A stretch of 64,000 bases of DNA from Nitrospirota bacterium. GTDB taxonomy: Bacteria > JACPQY01. The translations under genes were made by a program, and so were the position numbers. Each line of letters opens with the position of its first letter. The first letter of the stretch is position 1. The notes under the pieces were generated by a model, which saw nothing but the letters and a program-made list of their open reading frames with translations, was not told the origin of the DNA and searched no databases. The stretch spans positions 1 through 64,000 of the forward strand of contig JACPAV010000016.1 in the NCBI GenBank assembly GCA_016180645.1, written 5' to 3'. This document shows positions 37,292 to 47,899 of this stretch, piece by piece.

Positions 37292-37759
37292 GTGGCCGAC
37301 CTCCCCACATCCGCCGCCCCACCCGCGCCCGACCTGATCATCTACGTGGACGGGGCATCGCGGGGCAACCCTGGACCCGCCGGGGGGGGGGCCGTCCTCA
37401 AGGACGCCGCCGGAAAAACGACGCAGGAAATTGTCCTCCCGTTGGGGAAAACCACCAACAACGTGGCCGAGTACAGCGCGCTGATTGCCGCCCTTGAACA
37501 GGCCCAAATTCGAAAGGCCAAGCGGATCAAGGTCTTCTCGGATTCGCTTCTCATGGTGAACCAGGTCACGGGCATCTATCGCGTACGGCACCCTCGAATC
37601 CTCCCACTCTGGGACAAGATCCAATCGCTCCTTCGCCCTTTCGAGTGGGAAATCGTACACATCCCCCGGAAGGCGAATCAAGAGGCGGATCGCCTCGCCA
37701 ACATGGCCGCCGCCCGCAGCGAAGCGGGCGAAAAGCCTTCCACCCCCGTCCCGGCGTAG
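37292..37759 (+). CDS. rnhA: Ribonuclease HI family protein
   Basis: IYVDGASRGNPGPAGGG, TNNVAEYSALI, SDSLLMVNQV, HIPRKANQEADRLAN. Confidence 0.93.
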   Translation: MADLPTSAAPPAPDLIIYVDGASRGNPGPAGGGAVLKDAAGKTTQEIVLPLGKTTNNVAEYSALIAALEQAQIRKAKRIKVFSDSLLMVNQVTGIYRVRHPRILPLWDKIQSLLRPFEWEIVHIPRKANQEADRLANMAAARSEAGEKPSTPVPA

Positions 37760-37812
37760 CGCAAGAAAACGGCGGGGACCCCCCGCCTCTCAGCGGAGAG
37801 CCCCCAATCCTT

Positions 37813-38433
37813 CGGGCAACCTGTAAGCCGGATTCTGTCGGCAGGAGCCGACACCCTGAGCAAGCCATGGATGGCGTGTCGAAGGGTCTGCATCCTGCCC
37901 GGTGATCATTCCTCTAATGCGTCCTACCCGCCCCGCCTCTCCCCGCCAGCCGGCGGGAAAACTTGAGCGGGCCGCTCTTCCCCCCCACCCCTTCTGAAAT
38001 CTGAGATTAAGAATCTCAAATTCCCCAAGGGGTGGGGGGAGCGGGGCATGCTTGGACTTGCTCCGGGCGGAGTTTACCGCGTTTCACGTCACCCCGCCCT
38101 TTCCTAGAACAGCCTGCACGCTTGTGCGGCCGCCACTTCCTGTGTCCCAAACGTCTTCCTGACCTCAATCCTTAGCCCGCACGCTGATTCCAAGAAAGGG
38201 CGGGGCTACTCGTCTCTGTGGCACTATTCGTCGAGCCGATCCCGCTCCTAAGCGGGGAGCCCGCCTCCGTTTGACACGGAGCACCCTGCCCTGCGGAGTC
38301 CGGACTTTCCTCCCCCCCCGAATCGTGAACCCGTGACCCGGTGAGCCCGAGGTTCCGACCACCGACTGCGGCCGGCTTTCGGGGTCACGGCTCACGGGGC
38401 CACGATCGGGGAGAGCGATCACCCAGTTACCCG
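37813..38433 (-). ncRNA. rnpB: RNase P RNA, unusually long (~620 nt)
   Basis: P1 CGGGTAAC/GTTGCCCG, P2 GGTGATC/GATCACC, GAGGAAAGTCCGG, AGTGCCACAGAGA, GGTAAACTCC..GGAGCAAG, ACAGAATCCGGCTTA; extended -10 TGCTACACT just upstream. Confidence 0.93.
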
Positions 38434-38455
38434 CCTCAAGTGTAGCACGCTTTCA

Positions 38456-38484
38456 TTGACTTTCGATGGGGCCGCCGATAGCAT
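38456..38484 (+). promoter_or_regulatory. sigma70 promoter of accBC (leaderless), divergent from rnpB
   Basis: TTGACT-17 nt-TAGCAT-6 nt-ATG(38491). Confidence 0.7.
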
Positions 38485-38490
38485 CGCCGA

Positions 38491-39021
38491 ATGCCCAAAT
38501 CCCGGGACCCGGCCTCAACCAAGCCTCGGAGAATTCGCTTCGCTTCCGCTTCAACGGATCCCCTGATCGACACCATTCAGAAACTGACCCGGCTGATGGA
38601 AGGTACAGATCTGGTGGAATTGGATGTCCGCCGGGGCGAGCTCCGCATCCGGATCCGAAAGGCGGGGGCGGCCCAAGCCGTGGTCGTGCAGGCTCCGGCG
38701 ACACCTCTTGCGTCGACCGTTCCCTCCGCCGGGCCCGCCGCGACATCCCCCCTTCCCGCCCGCCTTGAGATCGAACCCGGCCAGATTCTCGTCACCTCGC
38801 CGTTCGTCGGGACTTTCTATCGCGCCCCCTCCCCCAACGCCAAACCCTTTGTGGAGGCGGGAGAGAAGATCAAAAAGGGGCAGACGCTCTGCATCGTTGA
38901 GGCGATGAAACTCATGAACGAGGTGGAGGCCGAAGTAGACGGAGAGATCGTCTCGATCTTGAGAGAAAACGGTGCCACCGTCGAATTCGGGGAGCCCCTC
39001 ATGATCATCAAGCGGGGCTGA
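38491..39021 (+). CDS. accB: Acetyl-CoA carboxylase biotin carboxyl carrier protein
   Basis: SPFVGTFYRAPSP, CIVEAMKLMNEVEA. Confidence 0.96.
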   Translation: MPKSRDPASTKPRRIRFASASTDPLIDTIQKLTRLMEGTDLVELDVRRGELRIRIRKAGAAQAVVVQAPATPLASTVPSAGPAATSPLPARLEIEPGQILVTSPFVGTFYRAPSPNAKPFVEAGEKIKKGQTLCIVEAMKLMNEVEAEVDGEIVSILRENGATVEFGEPLMIIKRG

Positions 39022-39071
39022 CCCAACGCCTGGTCATCTGCCCCAACGGCGGGTAGCCTGCCTCATCCAGA

Positions 39072-40418
39072 ATGTTTGAGAAAGTCCTGATCGCCAACCG
39101 GGGTGAAATTGCGTTGCGAGTGCTCCGCGCCTGCCGCGAGCTTCGCGTGAAGACCGTGATGGTCTACTCGGAAGCCGACCGGGACTCCGTTCCGGTTCTT
39201 CTGGCTGATGAAAAAGTCTGCATCGGCCCCCCGGACCCGCCCCACTCCTATCTCTCGGCACTTCCGATTCTTGCCGCGTGCCAGATTAAAAAGGCGAACG
39301 CGGTACATCCCGGCTACGGATTCCTGGCAGAGAACAGCGCGTTTGCAGAAGTCTGTGAAAGTTACGGAATCACATTCATCGGTCCCTCTCCGGAGACCAT
39401 GTCCATGCTGGGCGACAAGATCCAGGCCAAGAAGGCCGCCGCGAGGGCCGGCGTTCCCACCGTGCCGGGCACGGACGGGAAACTGGTGGATGACCAGGAA
39501 GCCCTCCGATGGGCCGGCCGGGTCGGCTACCCCGTGATCCTGAAGGCCAAGGCCGGAGGGGGGGGCCGGGGGATGGCCATCATCCGCTCGCCGGAAGCCC
39601 TGGCAACCTCCTTCGCCAAGGCGCACCAGGAGGCCCAAAACGCGTTCGGCGACGGCGACCTCTATCTGGAGAAATATCTGGAGCGACCCCGGCACATCGA
39701 AGTCCAGATTCTCGGGACGGGGAGCGCAGGGATCCTCCATCTCTTCGAGCGCGATTGCTCGCTCCAGCGCCGCCACCAGAAGGTCATCGAAGAAGCCCCT
39801 TCTCCCAGTCTTTCGCCGGAGTTGAAGAACCAGATCACGCAGGCCGCGGTCGCCGTGGCCCGCGAGGCCAAGTACGTCAATGCCGGAACGGTGGAGTTCC
39901 TGGTGGACGCCTCAGGCCGATTCTATTTCATTGAGGCCAATACGCGGCTCCAAGTGGAGCATCCGGTGACAGAAAGCATCACGGGGAGGGACCTCGTGCA
40001 GGCGCAGATCCGCATCGCCGCGCGCGAGCGCGTGGGGTTCGGCCAGAACGACTTGAAGGTGGATGGACACAGCATCGAATGCCGGATCAACGCCGAGGAC
40101 CCCGTGACCTTTGCGCCCTGCCCGGGAACGATCGCGTACCTCCATCTCCCCGGAGGCCCCCACGTGCGTGTGGACACCGCTGTCACCGCCAACACGGTTA
40201 TTTGGCCTCACTACGACCCGCTCGTCGCCAAGATCATCACGCACGCGCCCACGCGCCCGGAGGCCATCAACATCATGAAACGGGCGTTGTCCGAAACCGT
40301 GATCGTCGGGATCAAGACCAATATCCCCTTCCTGCTCGAACTCCTGGACACGCGCGAGTTCCGCTCCGGAGAGTTCGACACCACCTTCATCGACCAACTC
40401 CGCGCCCGCCGCGGCTGA
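39072..40418 (+). CDS. accC: Acetyl-CoA carboxylase biotin carboxylase
   Basis: KVLIANRGEIALR, HPGYGFLAEN, GGGGRGM, ERDCSLQRRHQK, RLQVEHPVTE. Confidence 0.97.
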   Translation: MFEKVLIANRGEIALRVLRACRELRVKTVMVYSEADRDSVPVLLADEKVCIGPPDPPHSYLSALPILAACQIKKANAVHPGYGFLAENSAFAEVCESYGITFIGPSPETMSMLGDKIQAKKAAARAGVPTVPGTDGKLVDDQEALRWAGRVGYPVILKAKAGGGGRGMAIIRSPEALATSFAKAHQEAQNAFGDGDLYLEKYLERPRHIEVQILGTGSAGILHLFERDCSLQRRHQKVIEEAPSPSLSPELKNQITQAAVAVAREAKYVNAGTVEFLVDASGRFYFIEANTRLQVEHPVTESITGRDLVQAQIRIAARERVGFGQNDLKVDGHSIECRINAEDPVTFAPCPGTIAYLHLPGGPHVRVDTAVTANTVIWPHYDPLVAKIITHAPTRPEAINIMKRALSETVIVGIKTNIPFLLELLDTREFRSGEFDTTFIDQLRARRG

Positions 40419-40477
40419 GCGGCTTCCGTTTCAGAAACGGGAAGATCCGGAGGTGTGTGCGTCGTGGACCTTGCGAC

Positions 40478-40942
40478 CTATGGTTTCACGCGAGTTCGTG
40501 GGATCGACTCGTTGAGGATACGCTGAAACTCCATCGGTGATACGATGGGAATGCCCTCAACCTGCTTCAAAGTCAGTAGGTCCTTCTTATCACCCGTCAC
40601 AAGGTAGTCTGCTCTTCCCGCCACCGCCGCTTCCAAGATACGGTTGTCGGAATCTTTTCTCCTGACAAGACTCAGGCGGATGAGAGGGGCGACCAACTCG
40701 AAGCGCGCCCGGAGTCGATTCAGCCTGATTTCGACGTTCTGCCTGGGGATAAGAAATTTCTCCAACCAAACGCGGCGCAACTCCTCCAAAACGGATTCAC
40801 TCAGTACAAGGGTGAAGGCGCGTCTTCTCGCGGCCCGATAAAGGCGGTAGGGAATCCCTTTTCGATTCAGAAACGCAGAGATCAGAACGTTTGTGTCAAG
40901 GACGGCCCGGAGCCGTCCTGAAGGATCATTCTCGGATGGAAT
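40478..40942 (-). CDS. PIN-domain toxin (putative TA toxin) with no canonical in-frame start codon
   Basis: Frame reads LRAVLDTNVLISAFL...LEEL...DSDNRILEAAVAGRADYLVTGDKKDLL; only ATT (40942) is available as a start upstream of the DTN motif. Confidence 0.8.
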   Translation of the reverse strand: MPSENDPSGRLRAVLDTNVLISAFLNRKGIPYRLYRAARRRAFTLVLSESVLEELRRVWLEKFLIPRQNVEIRLNRLRARFELVAPLIRLSLVRRKDSDNRILEAAVAGRADYLVTGDKKDLLTLKQVEGIPIVSPMEFQRILNESIPRTRVKP

Positions 40943-41174
40943 CGATCAACCTTTCAATGTCTCCCTCAGTGCGGATTCGAAGTCTCCGCGCGCCATGCCG
41001 GGCGAGCCGGATGAATTCGGCTTCCTCCTTCTCTTCCAAATATCCCTCTACGTAGCGCCGGATGGCCTCAGAAACGAGGGCTCCGGCGGGCTTGCCCTTT
41101 TCCTCCGCAATCTTGGACAGGAGAGCTTGAAAACGCCTCTGGACAATGACCTTCATCTCTCTCCTTGCTTTCAT
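40926..41174 (-). CDS. Putative antitoxin (RHH/CopG-like)
   Basis: LSKIAEEKGKPAGALVSEAIRRYV...IRTEGDIERLIDSIRE; directly upstream of the PIN gene. Confidence 0.78.
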   Translation of the reverse strand: MKARREMKVIVQRRFQALLSKIAEEKGKPAGALVSEAIRRYVEGYLEEKEEAEFIRLARHGARRLRIRTEGDIERLIDSIRE

Positions 41175-41313
41175 AAACACACTCTATCCTACTCCCAGAA
41201 CGGCGGCAACATCGCCACCCGGGACAGAAGCACTACGCTACGCCGTCGGCTCGCACTTTCTGCGCTATCGCGGGCATCCATGCCCGCCTGAGAGGTTGAA
41301 AGTGCGATCCGCG

Positions 41314-43770
<2,457 letters not shown>

Positions 43771-43783
43771 GATCTAGTCCCGC

Positions 43784-44707
43784 TCAGTTCCTTTCGCCCA
43801 GGAAAGCGGACAATTGCCGGTTGAAATCATCCGGGTATTCCAGCATGGGACAGTGCCCGCAGGAAGGGAAAACGGTCAGGCGGGCATGGGGAAGCTCTTT
43901 CTGAAAAACGTGTGCGTTCTCAATCGGGAGCAGCGCGTCGTGATCCCCCCATGCGATCCAGGTTCGAGCTTCGATCTGACGAAGGCGCGCCCGAACGGGC
44001 GTCAAGAGCGCATTTTGGGCCGAGGACATGAAAGCATGGGCCCGGTTTCCGAAATCCGAACCGAAGAACTCCTGGAGGGCGTGCCGGACCATCTTCTCCA
44101 GGACCGGCGGCTCGGTGTAGAAGATGAGCCTCCGAATATAGTCGCGTACAACCTGCTCCCGCTTCTTGGAATCCTTCTCCACGCCCGAGGCCACGGCGAA
44201 GACCTGCGCGAGAAAGTCCGCCGCTCCGGGAGGCTGCGAAGTACCCTGCCCGATTCCATAGATTCCTTCAGGGTGCCCTCTCGCGGCACTTCCTCCCTCC
44301 TGGAGGTCGCCAAACAGAAGCTTCTCCGGGAAGATGTTGACCCCGGCCGCATCGACCAGCGTGAGACTGGAGATCCTCAGAGGATGGGCCAGGGCAAAAG
44401 CTTCGGAAATCATCCCTCCCATCGAATTGCCCACAAGGTGGACCCGCTCGATGCCCAACTTCTCCAGCAGCCCTTTCACCGTCGCGACAAAGAAATCCAT
44501 GGAATATTCCCGGCGGGGCTTTTCAGAATGGCCGAAGCCCGGCAAATCGAGCGCCACCACGCGGCGGCCGCGCGCGAAATAGGGGACATTCAGTTCCCAG
44601 TTCTCCTTGTAGCCGCCGAGACCGTGGACAAAGAGGACGGGTTCCCCCTGGCCCTCATCCAGGTAGCAGATATCGGCTCCATCGAGTCGAATGTGTTTTT
44701 CTTCCAC
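43784..44707 (-). CDS. Alpha/beta-fold hydrolase, carrying a 30-codon repeat insertion
   Basis: FVHGLGG, DLPGFGHS, GNSMGG nucleophile elbow, WGDHD, CGHCPMLE. Confidence 0.92.
   Translation of the reverse strand: MEEKHIRLDGADICYLDEGQGEPVLFVHGLGGYKENWELNVPYFARGRRVVALDLPGFGHSEKPRREYSMDFFVATVKGLLEKLGIERVHLVGNSMGGMISEAFALAHPLRISSLTLVDAAGVNIFPEKLLFGDLQEGGSAARGHPEGIYGIGQGTSQPPGAADFLAQVFAVASGVEKDSKKREQVVRDYIRRLIFYTEPPVLEKMVRHALQEFFGSDFGNRAHAFMSSAQNALLTPVRARLRQIEARTWIAWGDHDALLPIENAHVFQKELPHARLTVFPSCGHCPMLEYPDDFNRQLSAFLGERN
44220..44309 (-). repeat. 90-nt structured repeat, copy 2 (in frame within the hydrolase gene)
   Basis: 84/90 identical to 33192-33281. Confidence 0.92.
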
Positions 44708-44740
44708 GGCAAGTGTCCTAGCAGAAAACGGCCTGCAATC

Positions 44741-46201
44741 CTATTGCAACCGGATCCGGCCGACCCACTCGATCAGCGGGCGCCAGTAGAGGCCGAGGGC
44801 CAGGGTCAGGCCGGCGAGCGCCCAGAGGGAACCTTTTTGAACCGGCGAAATCGCCACCTCCACCGGCTCCTTGGGTTGGACGAGAAACATCATCTTGACG
44901 ATCCGCGCATAGTACACCAACGAGAGCACCGTGTTGAGCGCCCCGAGAACGGCGAGCAGGTAGTACCCTTGATGGATCACCGCGGCAAACAGGTACACCT
45001 TCCCGATGAAGCCGCTTGTCGGCGGCAGGCCGGTGAGCGCAAATAGAAAGATCACGAAGCCGACCGCAAGGAGACTTCCCGAGGGCACCCAGCCAAGCCC
45101 CTCCAGCGCTTTCAGCGTCATGTCGCCCCGCGCATTCCCCACAACGATCACCACGAGAAAGGCGCCGACATTCATGATGAGGTAAACGACGAGGTAGAAG
45201 AGGATCGCCGTCACTCCCTCTTGGCTCGCCGCCGCCAATCCCATGAGCATGTAGCCCGCGTGCGCAATGCTCGAATAAGCGAGGAGACGCTTGAGGTCGG
45301 TCTGCTGAATCGCAAGCAGGTTTCCCACCGTCATCGTAGCGACGGACAGGACGGCCATGAGCGCGCGCCAATCGGTCACCCCCGCCGCTTCGGAACCGAC
45401 GGGAAAGGCCGTAAGGACAAACCGGACCAGCACAGCGAAGCCCGCCGCCTTCGGTCCGACCGAAAAAAGCGCCGTGATCGGCGTGGGTGCCCCTTCGTAA
45501 ACGTCCGGCGACCACATATGAAAAGGCACGGCGGCAATTTTGAAGCCCATTCCCGCCACGATCAGGCCCAGGGCCGCCATCAAGGGGAGCGTCGGGATGG
45601 GTCCGGAGCCCAGGGCCGCGGACAATTCGGGGAGTTTGAGCGTGCCCGTGAGCGCGAACAGGTAGGAGAACCCAAGAATCATCGTGCCGGAGGCGGCCGC
45701 GCCGTAGAGAGCGTACTTGAGAGCCGCTTCGGCGGACCAGCGATTTTTCCTCAGGAAGCCGGTCAGGATGTAGGACGTCAAGCTGATGAACTCGAAGGCG
45801 AGGTAGATCGAAACGAGGTGAACACTCGCCGGGAGAACGCACAGGGCGAGGGCCAGGGCCAGGAGGAGAGAGTAGTATTCGGCGCGGGCGACAGATTCCA
45901 TCTCGCGGCAATGGACGGACAAGAGGACCGTCAATCCCACGGCCAGAATGCCAACGACCTTGAAGAAGAGCGTGAAACTGTCCATTCGCAAATGGCCTTC
46001 AAACAGATCCATGGGGATTCCCGAATTCCACTGTCTCAAGACGAGAATAAAGGCAGTGGCGAGGGCCGCCAGCGCAACCCCCGGCGCGAGCGCGGTGCGT
46101 TTCGATCCCAGACCGAGGAAAAACGAGAGCAGGGCGGCCGTTCCAAGAATGAGTTCGGGACCCAGTTGCCTGAGGCTCTGAACGTTGTCGAGAGTGGTCA
46201 C
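44741..46201 (-). CDS. nuoN: NADH-quinone oxidoreductase subunit N
   Basis: EAALKY, FKIAAVPFHMWSPDVYEGAPTPITA, KRLLAYSSIAHAGY, GLPPTSGFIGK; start taken as GTG 46201. Confidence 0.94.
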   Translation of the reverse strand: MTTLDNVQSLRQLGPELILGTAALLSFFLGLGSKRTALAPGVALAALATAFILVLRQWNSGIPMDLFEGHLRMDSFTLFFKVVGILAVGLTVLLSVHCREMESVARAEYYSLLLALALALCVLPASVHLVSIYLAFEFISLTSYILTGFLRKNRWSAEAALKYALYGAAASGTMILGFSYLFALTGTLKLPELSAALGSGPIPTLPLMAALGLIVAGMGFKIAAVPFHMWSPDVYEGAPTPITALFSVGPKAAGFAVLVRFVLTAFPVGSEAAGVTDWRALMAVLSVATMTVGNLLAIQQTDLKRLLAYSSIAHAGYMLMGLAAASQEGVTAILFYLVVYLIMNVGAFLVVIVVGNARGDMTLKALEGLGWVPSGSLLAVGFVIFLFALTGLPPTSGFIGKVYLFAAVIHQGYYLLAVLGALNTVLSLVYYARIVKMMFLVQPKEPVEVAISPVQKGSLWALAGLTLALGLYWRPLIEWVGRIRLQ

Positions 46202-46336
46202 TTTTTCGATCCGCCGGGGTGTCCATACCAAGTTGCACCCCATTTCGCAACGGAGAAGAGGCGAAATGTTTCTTTTTGGATCTCCCCGGGAATTCCCATG
46301 CTGGATTTTCACGGTTTGCCCCGCTACTATGAACGG

Positions 46337-47899
46337 GTGACGGACTTGCTGAAGCCGGGGAACACGCCCGATGCAAAGGCCCCATCGCAAAACCCATCGT
46401 CGTCCCCGCAGCCCGGCGGAGGGGGCGCGGCCCCTGAGGTCAACCTTTCAACCCAAGTGGATGAGGCGTTTGGTCTCGATCCGATCACCGTCACCGTCTC
46501 CACCGACGACATCGAGGCGTACATCTCCATCAAGAAGGATCCGGACTTGATGAAGGACCTCTCAAAGGACGACGTCCTCGACAAGCTGAAGGAGGCTCGC
46601 GTCGCCCATGGAATCGACCAGACCGTTCTGGAAGAGGTGGTCAAGCTCGCCCGCGAGGGTCAGGAGGTCAACAACCGCCTGATCGCCAAGGGGGAATTGC
46701 CTGAAGACGGCAAGGACGCCCTGGTCAACATGGAGATGGATTTCGATCCGGTCGCCGGCATCGTCAACGATGAATCGGGGAAAATCGATTTCCGCGAACG
46801 GAACCTCGTCAAGTCGGTGGGACAGGGATTCGTCATCGCCACCAAGACCATGCCGACGGCCGGGAAAGACGGCCGAAGCGTGACGGGTTCGGTGCTCAAG
46901 GCCCGCAAAGGCCAGGATAAGAAATTCACCGCCGGGAAGAACATCGAGGTCCTGGAAGAAAACGGCGTATTCAAATACGTCTCGCTCGTCAACGGCCGGC
47001 CGGTCAATCTCGGCAATCTGATCGAAGTTCAGCCCGCCGTGCAGATCAAGGGCGACCTCGACTATTCCGTAGGCAACATCCGAGCGAAGGGGCCGGTCAT
47101 CATCGAAGGCCGCGTGGCTGCAGGATTTACGATTGAGGCGGAAGGAGACGTGGAGGTCGGCGACTTCGTCGAAGCCTCCACCATCAAGGCCAAAGGGAGC
47201 ATTATCCTGAAGGGTGGAATCAAGGGTGCCGGGAAAGGCTACATCTACTCAGAGGCGAATGTGATCGCCAAGTACATCGAAAGGTCCAAGGTCGAAGCCA
47301 AGGGAGACGTGCTGGTGGCCAACGACATTCTGGACAGCCATGTCCTCTGCGGCGGTTCCGTCAAGGTCGTCACCGGAAAAGGGTCGATCATGGGCGGATT
47401 CATTTCGGCCACCAAGGGGGTGGTCGCGAAGCGGATCGGATCGGGCCAGATGACCAGCGTGACCACCGTCATCGAGGCGGGGATCGACTATTTCGTGGAA
47501 CGCGGAATCGCGGAGTTGGAACGCGTCATCGAACAGCTCCAAGTCAAGGTCGACGCCGTGGAGGCCCGCTTCGCCAAGGATCTTCTGTCCCAGGGCGATG
47601 CGGCCGTGAGCAAATTCACCGGATACCAGCAACGCCTCTTTCTGAAAGCGGCGAAAACGTGGAAGGACCTGCTGGCCGAAAAACAGAAACACATCGACAA
47701 GCGTGTGGCCCTCATGGGCAACCGGGACACCGTGATTTCGGCGACCGTGGACGTCCTCGAAGAGATCGAGCCGAGGGTCGAGCTCCGCCTCGGTCATGCC
47801 AAGCTCGTCACCGACGATGCGCTCAGACAAGTGAAATTTGTTGAAGATCCCAAGAAGCATGTCATTATATCCCGGTTCAGAGGAACCGTAACCGCGTGA
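46337..47899 (+). CDS. FapA / DUF342 family protein, paralogue 1
   Basis: GKIDFRE, GKDGRSVTG, IKGDLDYSVGNI, GFTIEAEGDVEV, KGSIMGG; start GTG 46337 (ATG 46298 possible). Confidence 0.88.
   Translation: MTDLLKPGNTPDAKAPSQNPSSSPQPGGGGAAPEVNLSTQVDEAFGLDPITVTVSTDDIEAYISIKKDPDLMKDLSKDDVLDKLKEARVAHGIDQTVLEEVVKLAREGQEVNNRLIAKGELPEDGKDALVNMEMDFDPVAGIVNDESGKIDFRERNLVKSVGQGFVIATKTMPTAGKDGRSVTGSVLKARKGQDKKFTAGKNIEVLEENGVFKYVSLVNGRPVNLGNLIEVQPAVQIKGDLDYSVGNIRAKGPVIIEGRVAAGFTIEAEGDVEVGDFVEASTIKAKGSIILKGGIKGAGKGYIYSEANVIAKYIERSKVEAKGDVLVANDILDSHVLCGGSVKVVTGKGSIMGGFISATKGVVAKRIGSGQMTSVTTVIEAGIDYFVERGIAELERVIEQLQVKVDAVEARFAKDLLSQGDAAVSKFTGYQQRLFLKAAKTWKDLLAEKQKHIDKRVALMGNRDTVISATVDVLEEIEPRVELRLGHAKLVTDDALRQVKFVEDPKKHVIISRFRGTVTA

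Noticed and set aside
38125-38141. GGAAGTGGCG in rnpB P12 as another copy of the 90-nt element
   Set aside because: Similarity covers only about 10 nt and does not extend.
45221-46336. N-terminal extension of the 892-aa FapA ORF
   Set aside because: It is antisense to nuoN; FapA-like sequence starts after ~46337, where a -10 box precedes a GTG.
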